Assembly (NCBI GenBank): GCA_036172245.1
Contig: JAYWIR010000001.1
Location: 4,898,001 to 4,962,000 of the forward strand
From: Raillietiella orientalis
Taxonomy: Eukaryota
Length of the DNA stretch: 64,000 nt
Direction of reading: 5' to 3'
Positions 40,561 to 53,049 of this stretch are shown here, in pieces. Under the pieces are notes generated by a model. That model saw only the letters and a list, made by a program, of their open reading frames with translations, did not search any database and was not told the origin of the DNA. The position numbers and the translations under genes are program-made. How positions within the stretch are numbered: position 1 is the first letter of the stretch; every line of letters starts with the position of its first letter.

Positions 40561-41899
40561 CCACGATAATTCAAGGAGCCCGGAGCTCAACGAACCAATT
40601 TGTCTTGGCGAGGTCGAAGAGGAACCTGGTTCCTGGGAGGGTCCTGCTGCCGGAGGTAGATGAATTGGAGGACGTAATTAATATTCAGCCTTTTGTTGCA
40701 AAGGGAGAACGCTCCCAAATTATTGCGGCCCGCGCAATTTCAAAGGATTTATTACGGCAACAGCCGCATAGAAATTGCACATTACTTGCTGCAGCACTAA
40801 TTAAAGAAACATCCATTTTCAAACACTTTCACATTTCGCAGCCGTCCCCCTGCAGTTTGATTAAAAGAGAGCGACAGTATATCAAATGGAAATCTTAAAA
40901 TCTTTCGGAAGTCGTTTGATTTTTCGCTCTTCATAAAAAGAAGAAAAGCGTCGGGCGGTAGGAAGAGCATGATTAAAAAAAAAAAAAAAAAAAAGGAAAA
41001 AAGCGCGCTCGCGCGCACGCACAAACACACGCACGCAGCGCTCGCTCGCTCTGCTCGCGCAACGTCGAGGTTTCGATATGGGGGCAAGAGGAGGAGGAGA
41101 GATGGGGAGGGTTGTTTTCCTTTTTTTTTTTTCCCTCTTTGGCCTTCGTTTTTTCGGCTTTGCCTCCTTCCGGAAGGAATGCATTTCCTCCGCTGGAAAA
41201 ATCCCATTGATTAACTTCCTGTGTTTTACGTGATGCGAATTCGTCGCAAGCTGTTACTTGGGAAACCCTGCAACAATGGGGGGGACGGAGCACCGCCGAG
41301 CGGAATGATGGCCGCTCAGCCGCACAGGGTTCCCATGGCTCGCCGGAAAAAAAAAAAAAAAAAAAAAAACAGTTTGAAGAGAGAGAAAAAAAAAAAAAAG
41401 CAACACGGAGGAACGAAGCCGTCAACGAGTGACGGATGATCAGTTATTGAGGAGTGATCAAGGAAGGCATTGAGGAAAAAGTTTTTACTGGGATAAGAGA
41501 AGGGCAGCTATTGCTTTCTACTGCTTTTTTGTTTTGTTCTGTTTTGTTTTCGAGAACACAGCGGCAAAGGCGTCTGGTTGTAAGGGACGGCCACTGCTGC
41601 TGCGGCCATCCTCAGCGATCGCAGCTCCTGGAGGCAGAATTTCCTCAGCGAGTGCTCGTCCCCCTTTACTTGTGAGTGCCTCCCAGTGGAAGCTCACGCT
41701 GGAGGCTGAGAAACGCCTTTATACAGTGGGGAGGGATTTCTCATCTCCTAGCTGGAAACCTACTGAGAGATTTGTCCTCACATGGACCTCGTAGACACCA
41801 CTGGCGAATTTCAACGCACTCGGATTGCCCTGAGAATTCACACGTTCTTCATGCCAGCATTGAAACGCTCGTTACCTCCGACTTCGTGCTCCTACCGTT

Positions 41900-44800
41900 C
41901 CTTTTCTTTTTTCCGCCAAAATACGCACAAAAAAACTGACAACAAATTGTGTTGTTCTTGCGCACTTCCCACAGGCCTGAAATATTCTGCGTCGCCCTCC
42001 ATGCCTGCCCTATTCCCTAACCTCGTCACCGGAAAATCCAGGCCCCTCCTCGCCACTGACCGGTTTCTCTCCCTGGCTTCTCGTGAATCCACAGGAGAGT
42101 GTCCGTCCCAGGTCGCGTGCCTCCCCACTCTATGCCTTGTTGCCACGCGTCTCGAAGCTTCCGTGGACTTCCATGAATTTCACGCGAATTCGCTCGGACG
42201 GCGTTTCCCTTCTTCGGTTCTCACGATGCCATGGCTTACCCGCTCAACCCTAAAGGACATGAGATTGTCCTCCAATGGCACCGGGCATGTCTGCAGGGCA
42301 TGCTTTCGGGACGCATTCTTGTTTCTGAAAGAACAAGGTTCGCGTTGAACAAGATTGCATGCAGTACATCTTTCAAGTCCTCGAGAATCTTTAAGAGAAA
42401 GAGGATCCAACCCGAAGCATGTCCGGCATCTTCGAGAAAACCATATGTTTCCGGAGTAGGATTCTGTCGCGGCCAACAACAAAGGACACCATGGACTGCG
42501 GAGATCTTAATCGGCACTGTTCCTGGTTCGCGCGTCTCGATCGGGCGCTTTCATTCTTAGCGAGGAACAGACCGACGCATTCTTCAGAAGGTTCGAGGCT
42601 GCCCATCCCTCCGAAAAGTCTTCATTACTTCCAAGTGCAGCAGGAACCAAAATCATCCCTTCTGGTAAATCCAGATCTCAAGACATCGAGCTGGAGAGTT
42701 AATCCCAGAAGACCTTTTTGGCCTTTTGCTGAGCCTCCGCACTGATGGGTCTTTCGAATCCAAATGAAAAATGGGATTTTGAGTTCACCCCTTGGCCCAT
42801 ACCTTGTGATATTGATCTCGAAAAGGAAATCGCAATGAGAAGAAAATCGCGCTCTTTCCAGGGAACTTGAGACAGGAAGCGCATACTAAGAGCTTCACGG
42901 ATGGTTTTTTCAATGGCTAGTTAAATGCAGCGGAAGATTAGGCTCACGGTCCGAAAAGAATATCTGAGCCAGCTTCCCCTCATTAGATCATGCCTGCAGA
43001 GATGCCAGCTGTGTCGTGAAGACCCGTCGAAACTCTGCTTAGCTCAGGAAACGTTCACCCTTTGGTGTGAGATCCTCGCATCGCCACCACCACGAACCTT
43101 GGAGACGAAAAGCAGCAGCTACCAATCGAGGGAGGGTACGTGTAGGTGGAAACGAAAAGGCCTTGATCATCCAGCTGCTCCCGGAAACGTCCTGAAAGCG
43201 TTTCAGGAATGAACTGGGGTGAGGTCTTATCCAAGAAGACAACTGACGACGAGGTTCCATTTGCAAAGCTCACTGGTGTTTTCACGTAGAGGAAAAGCTG
43301 CAAGAAAAGAGTTGAAGGCTTTCCCTTTGGTGGGTATTCTTGAGCAATGGACGCGCCTTCATGATCCTCAATGTCGGCAGATATCTGTTAACACAAGAAC
43401 ACGTTTGGTACCGAAGTTTATTTTCGCTTTATTACTTTGAAATGCTCTGAAGGTTCCACTTCCACTCAAGAGGCGTGGTGATGCCATCAAGAAGAAAAAG
43501 AAAAATCAAAAGGGATGGACTGCGACTCCTAGGAGTTCGAACCTGGTGACATCGGAGCATTTATTTTGAAAAAAATAAAATAAACTACAAAGAAGACGGG
43601 AAGAAGGGTGCTTTCTCAAAGAAGAAGAAACGTCAAAAAAAAAAAAAAAATTCATTCCGGATAACCACCGGCACGCGGGCTGGCTTCCAAAAAGTAGGGA
43701 ATTCAGGAGGGGACCATAAATAAAAAAAGAGACAAGAGGGTGGGACAAAGATCTTTGGTTGAAGCCGTTCCTTTCCTTCTAAAAGCAGATCTGGACGGTG
43801 TCGATCTCCCTGGCGACTTCTGGCAGATGAAGCCACCTTGCTGCTGCCCTCATGAGAGCCGCTGCCATGCTGGTGGTCTCTCTTCACCGCGAACTTGGCT
43901 TGGTGGGCTGTCACTATGGAGCAGATCCAACTGATTCTTGAGATTACAGAGCCCTTCCTCAGTTCTCTTTCCGTGAGGAATTGTCGCAACAAGCCCATTG
44001 CAGTATCCTGAGGTCGACGAAGCACCGAAGGGAGTCTCCGCCAGAAATCCTCCAAGATACTGCAGTCCAACAGCACATGTGGGAGCGATTCCGTTGTCTC
44101 GCACCTTGAACAGTTCGAGGAGGCAACTCCTCTGGAAACCAGGTGTCTGAGTTGATTTCACTGGAATCCCCAGTGCAGACACAGCAGAACATCCTGTTCC
44201 CAGAGTAGAGGAACACGGAGGTGTCCGCGCAAAAGGAAGGGGGTGACTCCTAGGGGGGAATCCAATCCATTCCTACCTTGTTCCGTTTGACCTTTGCCAG
44301 CATTCACAAAATTCGCTCCATGCTCGAGCCGTGCCGTCGCGCTCTCTCCAAAAGGGCGTTTTATCGATGACCAGCGGACCAGACGTGTCACCACTCTTTC
44401 CCGTTAGAAGAATCCCCGACCTGTGTTTCGAACACAAGTCAGATATTCCCTGCAGTTCCCAAGCGTCTGCGAAGGTTCCACCCGCGCAGTTGTAGCCAGA
44501 AAAGAGAATAAAGCACATCCCTCATCGCGCCTACACGATCGGAACAATCTGGAGTCGGAATCATTTTGCTTCGTGGGATGATCTTTCGAGTTTTACGGGC
44601 AAGTCGGAAATGGGAAGCTGCCAACACTGTCCTGAGTCTCCTGGAGAGGGATGGAAATTTTTTTTACACGATCCCGAAATGGAAACTGGCGGACCTTTTC
44701 AAGAAGTAGAAGGCACCTGGAGGTCCCACAGCGCCGAAGATGGCAAGCCAGCCTGAAGCTGCCCGTTGCGCGTCCTCTGCTCGAAGGCATCTGCGACTCG

Positions 44801-45330
44801 GACTGTCGCATGGCATCAGAGAGGAGGAAGGGAGGCTGCGAGGACGCGAGAGGAACCGTCGAGATGGCTCAGGTTCTTCCCACGTGCCGTCCCTGCCGAG
44901 GAGGGCGAAGTGGTTGCTCAGCAACCGAATGGACACCTCCAGTTCATTCCATCTCGCTTTTCGCACTTCCCGTCCACCTCAAGTTCACCTCCTACCTCAT
45001 CTCCCCCATTAGGCGTATCCAGCGCAGCCGAGGACCACACGTCCGCCAGTCACCTTTCCCCGATACGAGCGCAACATCGGGCTTCGAGCTCTTACGGGGC
45101 CCTTCCTTCCGCCATCCAGTTTGATGGGTAACGTGCATGGAAAGGAATCCAACGATCCCTGAAAGGAAAGCCAATCCAGAATCTAATAAAACAGTTTTTA
45201 CGAGAGGCGTTCCAGAATTTTCTAGGGGATGATGATTCCAGCAAAAATAACTAGCGGTCCAAAACGCAATGCCAGGCAAAATGGGAGCCATCGTCCTTCC
45301 TCCCCCTACTCCCCCCAGAATGTTCTCCAT
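41900..45330 (-). mobile_element. 5' half of an RLE-clade element: ZnF relics, Myb-like motif, RT 0-5 (interrupted at ~42.6-43.6 kb)
   Basis: DSGLAFLSGIVGFLSMHVTH (C2H2-like); RKARWNELEV (Myb-like, ~44935-44965); ILEDFWRRL and FLTERELRK (RT N-terminal region); PIKISAV...YGFLEDAGHASGWILFLLKILEDLK (RT1-2a, 42236-42517); ATWDGHSP (RT4). Confidence 0.7.
42900..43440 (+). mobile_element. 5'-truncated CCHC-RLE fragment nested antisense in the preceding element
   Basis: LSQLPLIRSCLQRCQLCREDP; ELKAFPLVGILEQWTRLHD (cf. VG.LG.W...N). Confidence 0.6.
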
Positions 45331-46263
45331 GGCAGTTAATGCGCTTCCGCCGTTGAGAGAACGAGGGGGCAGGGAGACCCATCGCGCAGGGGGACGCGAG
45401 AGTCAGACTCAGGGGATCGGCGTTTCTTGAAAAAGCCAGGTCGCGGACTGGCAACCCTGCGAGGGGGGAGGGAAGGGAGGGATAAACCCACGGAAGACGT
45501 GTGAGCTCGACGGCTACGCTGGGGGCGAGGGAACAAGCGACGGCGAAGAGCAAGGGGAGGGATGGCGGGAGCGGGACGCTCCCCCGCCGAAAGCTGGGGC
45601 GCTGCTTACCCTAGGAGGCGAGCTCAGGTGCCGTCTAGAAGACCGTCAGGAGACCGAGAGGAAGGGGGAGGGGATACACCCGGGATTTGCAGAGCAGGGA
45701 TGCCCGGAGCGCCTCTGTTCCCGTGCAGCCCCGGGAATCAGGCCGGAAGGCCGAAACTTCCCTGATGCGCTGGGGGGACCCCCCTACTGCCTGATGGGCG
45801 TCCTCCCATCTCCTTCTGCCAGCTCCCGACGAAACGCAGGAGGAATAGAGGGGAGGGGAGAAAGGGAGGGCAATTACGGGAAAATAAAATAAAATGAAGA
45901 TAAACGAGTAAATCTCTCCTTGTTCGAGGGAAGGGGAGGATCTCCCTTGAAGATGGAGCAGGAAGGTCAAACCGACGGAGGACTCCAAAGAAACAGGGAA
46001 GCAGGAAGAGAGGAAGAGGGAGGGAAGGGAAATGCTCTGGGATTTGTAGCTCATCCCTCGCCTCTAACATGCCGTCCCGCGCACACGTTTTTCGCGGATG
46101 TTTCCTTCTCCCTCTTCCTGCAGGGCTGCCAGTCTGCGCCTTGCTTTTTTCAAGAGGACGCCGTTCGCCCGACCCGAACTCTGACGTTCCCCTGCGCGGA
46201 TAGGTCCCTCTGCCCCCTCGTCCTCTCAACAGCGGAAGCGCATCCCTACTGTTGGGGAAACAC
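45320..46263. repeat. Inverted repeat: ~230-bp arms (45320-45552 and 46032-46263) around a ~480-bp spacer
   Basis: ATGCGCTTCCGCCGTTGAGAGAACGAGGGGGCAG..CTTGAAAAAGC..GACTGGCAACCCTGC..GGCGAGGGA versus the reverse complement of the right arm ATGCGCTTCCGCTGTTGAGAGGACGAGGGGGCAG..CTTGAAAAAAGC..GACTGGCAGCCCTGC..GGCGAGGGA; roughly three-quarters identical by eye. Confidence 0.9.
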
Positions 46264-46929
46264 GGGAAGTCGAGCTGCCGTAATTGAATCCCCACCCCCC
46301 ATCCCCCCTGGCAACTGGGAAGCTTTTTACGCTGCTAAATGGCTTGTCAATTTCCTTAATCACGTTTCCACGGCGATTCCTGGGTGACGGATCGCCCCGG
46401 TTTTCTCAGAGAAGATTTCACTTTCTCCCCGGTGTCTCCTCCTCCCTGTGACTAGCACTCCTGCTCTCTGCGGATGCAAACGGGATCAAATTTTCTGATG
46501 GCTCTCCCAGAGCGCCGCCTCGTCCATAAATATTCGGGGGCCCATCCCGGTTCCCCTCCGAGTTTTCCTCCCGTTTTTCTTTCTTTCCTCTCTCTCCCTG
46601 CTTTGGACCCTCTTTCAAAAAAAAAAGAAAAAAAATCGGATTAGCTGGGATTCGATTATTACGGAGCGCAGGTCGCGCGTTCCTGTTGCTCCTGCTCGAG
46701 GAGTCCGAGAGTTTTCTTCCCGCAGCGGCGGTCTCGCTTACAGGAGTGCGGACGGCGGAGCATCGAACGGACTATCCGGGACAGTCTAGCGTGGAGGCAT
46801 CGTTTCCCCCTTGAAGTGGAGCGGAGCCAGGGGGGAGGCAGGGGCGGGCATCCTGCAAGACCGATCTGGCCCTTATCTCGTCGCGAGATAAGCGCGCCGG
46901 AGACTGGAGCTACCCGAGGGCAGCATCCG

Positions 46930-47470
46930 CGCTTCCGATGGCTACGTTTCCGTGCGTGCCTGCTGTGGCGGGTGCGCGTCTCGTTCCCTCGGCGACCACA
47001 GATCGAAGTCCTCCTGGGAAGGAAGGAAGGAAGAGATCTGCAGGGAAGAGAAACGGGAAGCTCCTGCGAAACTTCTTCCCCCTCCTCCCTTCATCCTTCT
47101 CCAGCTGCCGTTTCCTCGCTGCGGAGTTCTTGGACCTCGCAGCACAGTCGGGTTATCTCCGCTCCGACAGCCCTGTAGTCCTTCGGATGTCCTGTGTCCA
47201 CCTTGGCGATGACCTTTTCCCAGAAGCCTGCCAAGACGCGAGTGCCTCTTCGTGCGCAGGGCATCGCGGCCCGCCTCGGCGGCATGCAGAGCAGCCGAAA
47301 GAGGCAGAGCTACAAGAGGACCATTGCCATGACCACCGCATTCTCGAGGAGGGCAACGAGGTGGCCTCACCCGATAGACCCGGAGGGTTTGGAGAGACTG
47401 CTGCAATGGTTGGGTCTCACACTGGGGCGAAGGGGTCAGGGACTCCTTAGCTAAATCTTCGTGGACCTGA
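46930..47470 (+). mobile_element. CCHC-RLE segment with no RT upstream
   Basis: WLRFRACLLWRVRV (cf. LRF.DWRF.HRARL); SSCETS; LRSDSPVVL and SDVLCP (cf. LRPDLV, DV.CP); RKRQSYK, ILEEGNEV, LLQWLGL. Inverted nucleotide homology to 36810-36950. Confidence 0.6.
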
Positions 47471-47599
47471 GGGTGCAACAGACCCCCGGGAGATACCGGT
47501 GAACCTCGACCTGCGTATGTGCTCCCTCCTTCCCTGAGTTGATCTTAAAAGTCAGGATTCTTCAGGCTGCGATAGGATCCAAGGTCCTCTACAGCATCC

Positions 47600-49300
47600 T
47601 CTTACTCCCTCGTGTACGTGCTGGTGAAGATCACGGCAAACTCCTGGAGGCTAAGGGAGATTTCCGACATTCAGAGACCATCTCATGACCCGAAAGACCC
47701 CTGTCATGGGAGGAAAGCTCTCTCAGGTGCTCGTTCTTGTCTCCCGCCTCTTGGATGAACCTTGGACAAGACGAGACCAGCGACCGAGCTTCGCCCTCCG
47801 CAAGCCGGGGGTGGGAAAGGGGAGTGAAAGGCCCTCGGAGGCCAGAAGCCATCCGACCCGAAGGGTGCCCTCTTGCTCGCGCGGCATCCTTCGGCACGAG
47901 ACGTCACGGCTTCAAGCGTCCTTGATCTCTGGGGTGGGTGGGCTCACCCCATCCAACGCACCAGCAGCGTCTCTTTCCACGCGGCCTTCCAGGAGGGAAA
48001 TCCCAAGGAGGGTCTGCGGGAGCACAGTTTTTGGAGGGGAAGACGGGCTGGGTGCTGAAAACTCGCGTCTCCTCTTCGTCCTCCTTCCTCCTGGAGCAGC
48101 TCGGAGATTCGACGCCGGATAGATCGCTGCCGAAGATAAAAAGCGAGAAGGAGCGAGTCGGAGCCGAGACTCGTTCTGCCCGTTTTGTTCCGCTATCGCT
48201 CCGCCGAAATCCGGAAATCATGGGCGTGGGTTCCCAAGCAGGGCAGAGGCGAAAAATCCCACGCTCGCGCCCTCCGCCAGGCATCGCTGGGATGGAGACC
48301 GCGAAAGGGACGCTCTGGAAAACTTTTTTGCCGGCAAACTGCGAAGTGCAGGGGGTCTCATGGAGTCTCCCCCTTCTCCCTCCCGTTCGTCTAAATCGGC
48401 AAGACCAAGAGCTGATGTCCCGAGGGGTCATTGGCTTCCGCCGTCTCTCTGGAGGAGAGGCCTCGGAGCTCTCGGGGAAAGCGAACCTGTCTCTTTGATG
48501 GGAGGCGACCTCCTCAAAGGAACGCACGGGTCTTGCATCCACAGCTGGATCATCTTCCGGGTTTCCTCTCACCGCCGCTCGCCTGCACTCTGACCTCGCA
48601 CCTGTGAAATCCTCACAGCCACCGGATCTGTATGCCTTTTTAACAGTGTCGTCTGGCAGCCGCCACATGCCCCCCAGCAAGAGGCAAGAAAGAGCAGGTC
48701 ACGGATCGATCTTCAGGGTGTTTATAAGGGCGCCTTTGGTCAAATAAGGATCAAGAAGATGTCCATCGGTCAGCTTGCATTGCGCAGCAGTCAAAAAACA
48801 AGCGATGCTCAGGAAACGATACTTGAGATATTGCGCTATCGGAAAAATCAGCGCAGGTAGCCTTGGGAAACCAAAGAGCGAGTTGCCCCCCCCCTTTCCC
48901 TCCTCTCTGGCGCGAATATCTGACTCGCTGCAAGAAATTTTGGGCACAGCGATGGAAATGACCACCGATAAAAAAGAATCATCAGCTGCCGCTCTCGCGA
49001 TAAGAAAATCAAAACGGGCAGGAGCTGCGTCTGAAAAGGTCGAGACTTCCGATGTCGGAGCCGATTATCCAGCGGGCGTCCATTTTCTCTAAGGGCAGCT
49101 GAAGCCGTGAAAGAACCGTTTTCAGAAGATGCAGGTTCGGGAGAAGAAAACGCCCAAAGCAAATGCAAGAGCAAAGCCAGTAGATGAACGGCGCGAAGCG
49201 ACTCGTGCAAGAATGCAGCAGCATCCATGCAACAGCATCATTCACTTCAAAGTGACAATTACATCTCCCCATAGCTTCCCTCCGGAACAAGAGCAGCAGC
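47600..49300 (-). mobile_element. Decayed R2-like element, RT3 to CCHC
   Basis: AFLHESLRAVHLL (RT3); LRENGRPLD (RT4); LTAAQCKL; GMWRLPDDTVKKAYRSGGC (cf. WL.LP.DT..GGLG); EARSLVSSCPRF (CCHC). Confidence 0.65.
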
Positions 49301-49649
49301 ATCCGCAGTTGAAGACGGAAAAAATGCCGCGCCCTTTCCTTCTAGCCAGTGTGACACGCAGGCTCGAAAGAAGCTGTTGGCAAATGGTCAGTCGAGAGGT
49401 CGCACAATGTAGCGGATTTCTTATTTCCATGTTTCCGTGGTGAGATTTCGTACTGCTGGCACTGCCCTCTTTTTGCTGTTCTTGATGTTTAAGTCGAAAT
49501 GGCAGCCTCAATAGAGGGAATAGATTTTCTCCGTCAATAAATTGGTTGTTCGGTGAGCAACTCTTTGAGCGTTTTGTTTGGAACTTCGGGGCTGCAAGTT
49601 TGACCTGTGACAGCTAAGGTTGACAGACGGCAGCATCAGGAATATACTG

Positions 49650-50490
49650 TGAAAGTGAAGGTAGTCCTTGGTCACCTTGGATCGTCTGTGCTCTGCGTCT
49701 TCTTGGTGTTTCGTGCTTTCGCGCTGCGATGCAGATAGCATGCATGATATCGGCGCACGCCATGACACGTTGTGCATGGAAGATTCTGCAAGATTCGAAT
49801 GGAAGGGTGTCAATATGAATGACCTTCAAGAACTGCAGCGTCCGATTTCTCCCAAGGGTATCCCAATCCTGTTCCAACAATTTCAAGTTTCGGTAACGTG
49901 GAATGCATGGGACGAAATGGAACCACTGTGAAAGAAGTTCACGGAGCTGCCCCATTAAGCTACCCAACGACGGACTCGGACATCGGCATGCAACGCAAGC
50001 AGCAGTGGATGCGCGCGCGGCAATGCAAGAGATCTTTTTGAAGTCGACAAAGACCATTTGACTCAACACGAGGTGAATCGAGCGCTGTTGCTAATAACCT
50101 GTTTGATGATCTTAGTTTTGATGGACTTCTGAGAAAAAACACCATCCCAAAGCGACTCAAGGCATCGTAGCAAGCGTTGTCAGTGAAGAGGAGGTTGGCA
50201 GGGTTATGAATTCATCTGTTGATCAGCCACAGCCACAATCGCCAAATCTAAATCCATTGCAAACATCGGAGACGTCATCTGCCGTCACTTTTCATCTTCT
50301 GCTCCGAGAACCTCACCTGCAGGATGCCCTTCTGTTGGAGCAAGTCTGCGTTGCTGATCGCCGGAACCAACAGACGACAGTGCTTTGTACCAATTACTTA
50401 CTTATCCATAGTGCCGACGAGATGATGGAAAAGATTGGAAACCTTGGAGACACCTCAAAAATCAATGAGAATACATTGCAAGTCTAACGC
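49650..50490 (+). mobile_element. Two successive CCHC/RLE 3' fragments
   Basis: FVLSRCDADSMHDIGARHDTL (cf. H.L..C..I.RH); QVSVTW; SSGCARG; then LLLREPHLQD (cf. V..EP.I). Confidence 0.5.
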
Positions 50491-51099
50491 ACGTTTCAGA
50501 ACAGACAAAGATGTAGGAGGAAAGGGTAGTGTCGTGCCAGCAAAAGGTAAGGAACGATGACTTTATGGCGCTTCTAATCGAAGTCGGAAACCGGCTGCAG
50601 ATATCAGCTACGGCTGCACTACTGCTGTTGCAGCATCAGATGGCGCCGCCCGCATCACCCTTATGGAAGTGAATCTTTTCAGACGGTTTCCTGTCAACCA
50701 GATTCGGGGATCGAATAAAAATAATATAGCATGTATGTGGGGGAAGACTCCTGTAGGAGTCTCAAAAGAGGCCTCCAAACCCCAGTCATTCTTGGTTTCT
50801 TTCGCTTATGTTCTGGACGTTCTCTTGAATGATGGAGTGAAAAGTCGATAATCGTCGCACACATGAAAATAGCAATATTAATTCTCCTTAATAATAAAAA
50901 CGCACTAATTATGAGAAAAACGAACTACCTTTTTACTTTTTGCAATGCTTTTCAAAGGTGGTAAAAGAAAGGGCGTCCTAAGAAAATTGGGTTTTTGCAG
51001 CTCACGCCGTTTATACGGCCGCTCGGAGGCAATCGCAGTATTCTCTGGATGAAAAAGACTTCGAAAGCAGTGGTCGCCATCGTATTTTTTTTTTTCTTC

Positions 51100-51700
51100 T
51101 TTTCAACATGAATTCTGGCGTAAGAATTCATCTCTTCTGCCTTGGCAACGTCCACGGATCAAGCAAGCCCCTCGTCTGTATGCCGGAAAGCACGCTTGAA
51201 GCATGAAGCAAATTTTGATCGAATTTTAACGGGAAGAACTGGAACGGCTGGAGGAGTTGGAATCCACGGCAGCATTGAAGAGTGCTTCGGAATTGATTCC
51301 GCATTAATAAGCCTTTCCAGAGGGAGGTATTTTAATGGGAAGATGGATGAGCTTTCTCTGCTGCTCTCTAGCCCTTGCCGTAATGAGAGCAGGTCATTTA
51401 AGAAAGCGCACTTGACGCGGTATCCGTTGCAAACTCGTAATTCCTGGTACGAGTGGTCGCTTTCTTCCAAATTTTCAGGACGCGGGGGAGAGTTTCCATC
51501 ATCGCGCACCGCCCGGTTCGCTGCGTTGCGAGGTCCAGAAAGCCTTTTGCTTGCTGCTCCTTCCATTCCCATCTTTCCTCGTTTGCTGCCGAGCAGGGGA
51601 GCACCTTTTCGTGCGATCTTCTTGCGAGGACGCCGGTTGCCGACGAAATTCGAATTTCGGTCCACTGTATTCAGGTGGATTGCTACTCTTGGCAGGTGCG
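51100..51700 (-). mobile_element. R2-like RT N-terminal fragment
   Basis: SSMLPWIPTPPAVPVLPVKIRSKFASCFKRAF (cf. T.L+PK..P..RPI.+.S..R.F). Confidence 0.45.
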
Positions 51701-52159
51701 AGCAAGGTTCGCCGTGGCGAGTTTACTCGCGTCCGCTGTGCTGGAGGAAGGAGTCAGGACCGAAGGGCTCGTTGCAGCGTCTGCTTTGAGAGGTGCGGCG
51801 AAGTGTGCTTTGCGAAGCAGTTTTTCGCCTCTTTGCACAGCATCTTCACGTATGCGCGCGCACTCTGCTGCCAGCTACGTCCCCAAGTCTGGGGTTCGTT
51901 TACTGATGCCGCCGAAGGTGTTCCGTGATTTTCCGGAGCAACGTCTCCATGGGAACGGACAAAGGAGCGTTCAGAAGTGATTTTCTCTTTCCCTCTTTTT
52001 CCCCCCTTCTAACACGCCCGACACACCTTAAACTGCACGTCCCACTCGGCGGCTACAGTTTGAGGCGAGATGAGATCAACGGGAACCGTGGATTCACGTG
52101 AAGCCGTGGATTCTTCGCGGCTTGACTTTCACGATAAACCAAAATGAACCCCATACCTG

Positions 52160-52620
52160 TGGTTTCGTGTGCACAAGCGGTTAATGGCCGTGGAGGATCT
52201 GACAAACAAGCATCTCCCGAATGAAACAACGGTTCTTGGCATTTACGCACCTGCAAGAATTTACTGCGCTCAATTCGAGGATGTTTGCAATTACAAGGCA
52301 ACCAACTGCGAATGTTTGGCCCATCCCATCACGGAAGGCAAACATCCGATAAATTTCATCCGAATCGACTACCAAATCCACAATCTGGAAGGCCAAAAGG
52401 TCCGAATTGCGGTCCGTACACATGAGAAAGGGGAGGAAGAGCAAGATGTTGGATCCTGGAAAACGACCGATCAGCACGCTCGGCGGACGCAGGAACGAGA
52501 TTAAGTCTCTCTGCGGTACCCTTCCCAAAACTCCTCAGTTAACGGTGCGGTGTTCCTTGCCAATATCAACAGCTGGTTTGTGGCAAGTAGGATTCCAGAG
52601 TAGTGAGGAAGATTCAGAAA
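52160..52620 (+). mobile_element. Possible non-LTR thumb fragment
   Basis: GTLPKTPQLTVRCSLPISTAGLW (cf. LP..Y.P..GGLG); weak. Confidence 0.3.
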
Positions 52621-53049
52621 CGACGACCAATGCTGCAGCCCAATTTGGGATCTCGTGAAAGGATTCAAGGTGCCAATGCTGGGAACAAGCCAATTCCAAC
52701 AGTGTCTCTGAACTGCAAATTAAGGTTATTGGAATGACCTCCAGAAGAAGAAATAGCACGCTTCTGGAAAGAACCCTTCAACAGATCCTATCATGAGACA
52801 ATGCTGACGACGGACTCCTCTCGTCGTTAGCAGCCAGCAAATCCAGCAAAAGGTTCCTCTCCCTGATGCGAACGGAACACTGACGCCGACGGCTGTTTCA
52901 AGCCGCTGACATCGACGAAGAGTTGGTCTCTGACCTTCTCTGAGTGGTCTTACTGCAAACCTCCTGGGAAGAAGGTCTTGTCAGTATCGTGCCTGAGGAC
53001 AGTCCGGACAAGTTTGTCCGGGTCATCAGTAAGATCATTTTCAAGAACA

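Noticed and set aside
43515-43565. tRNA T-arm-like GGTTCGAAC on the minus strand
   Set aside because: No D-arm, anticodon arm or acceptor stem can be built.
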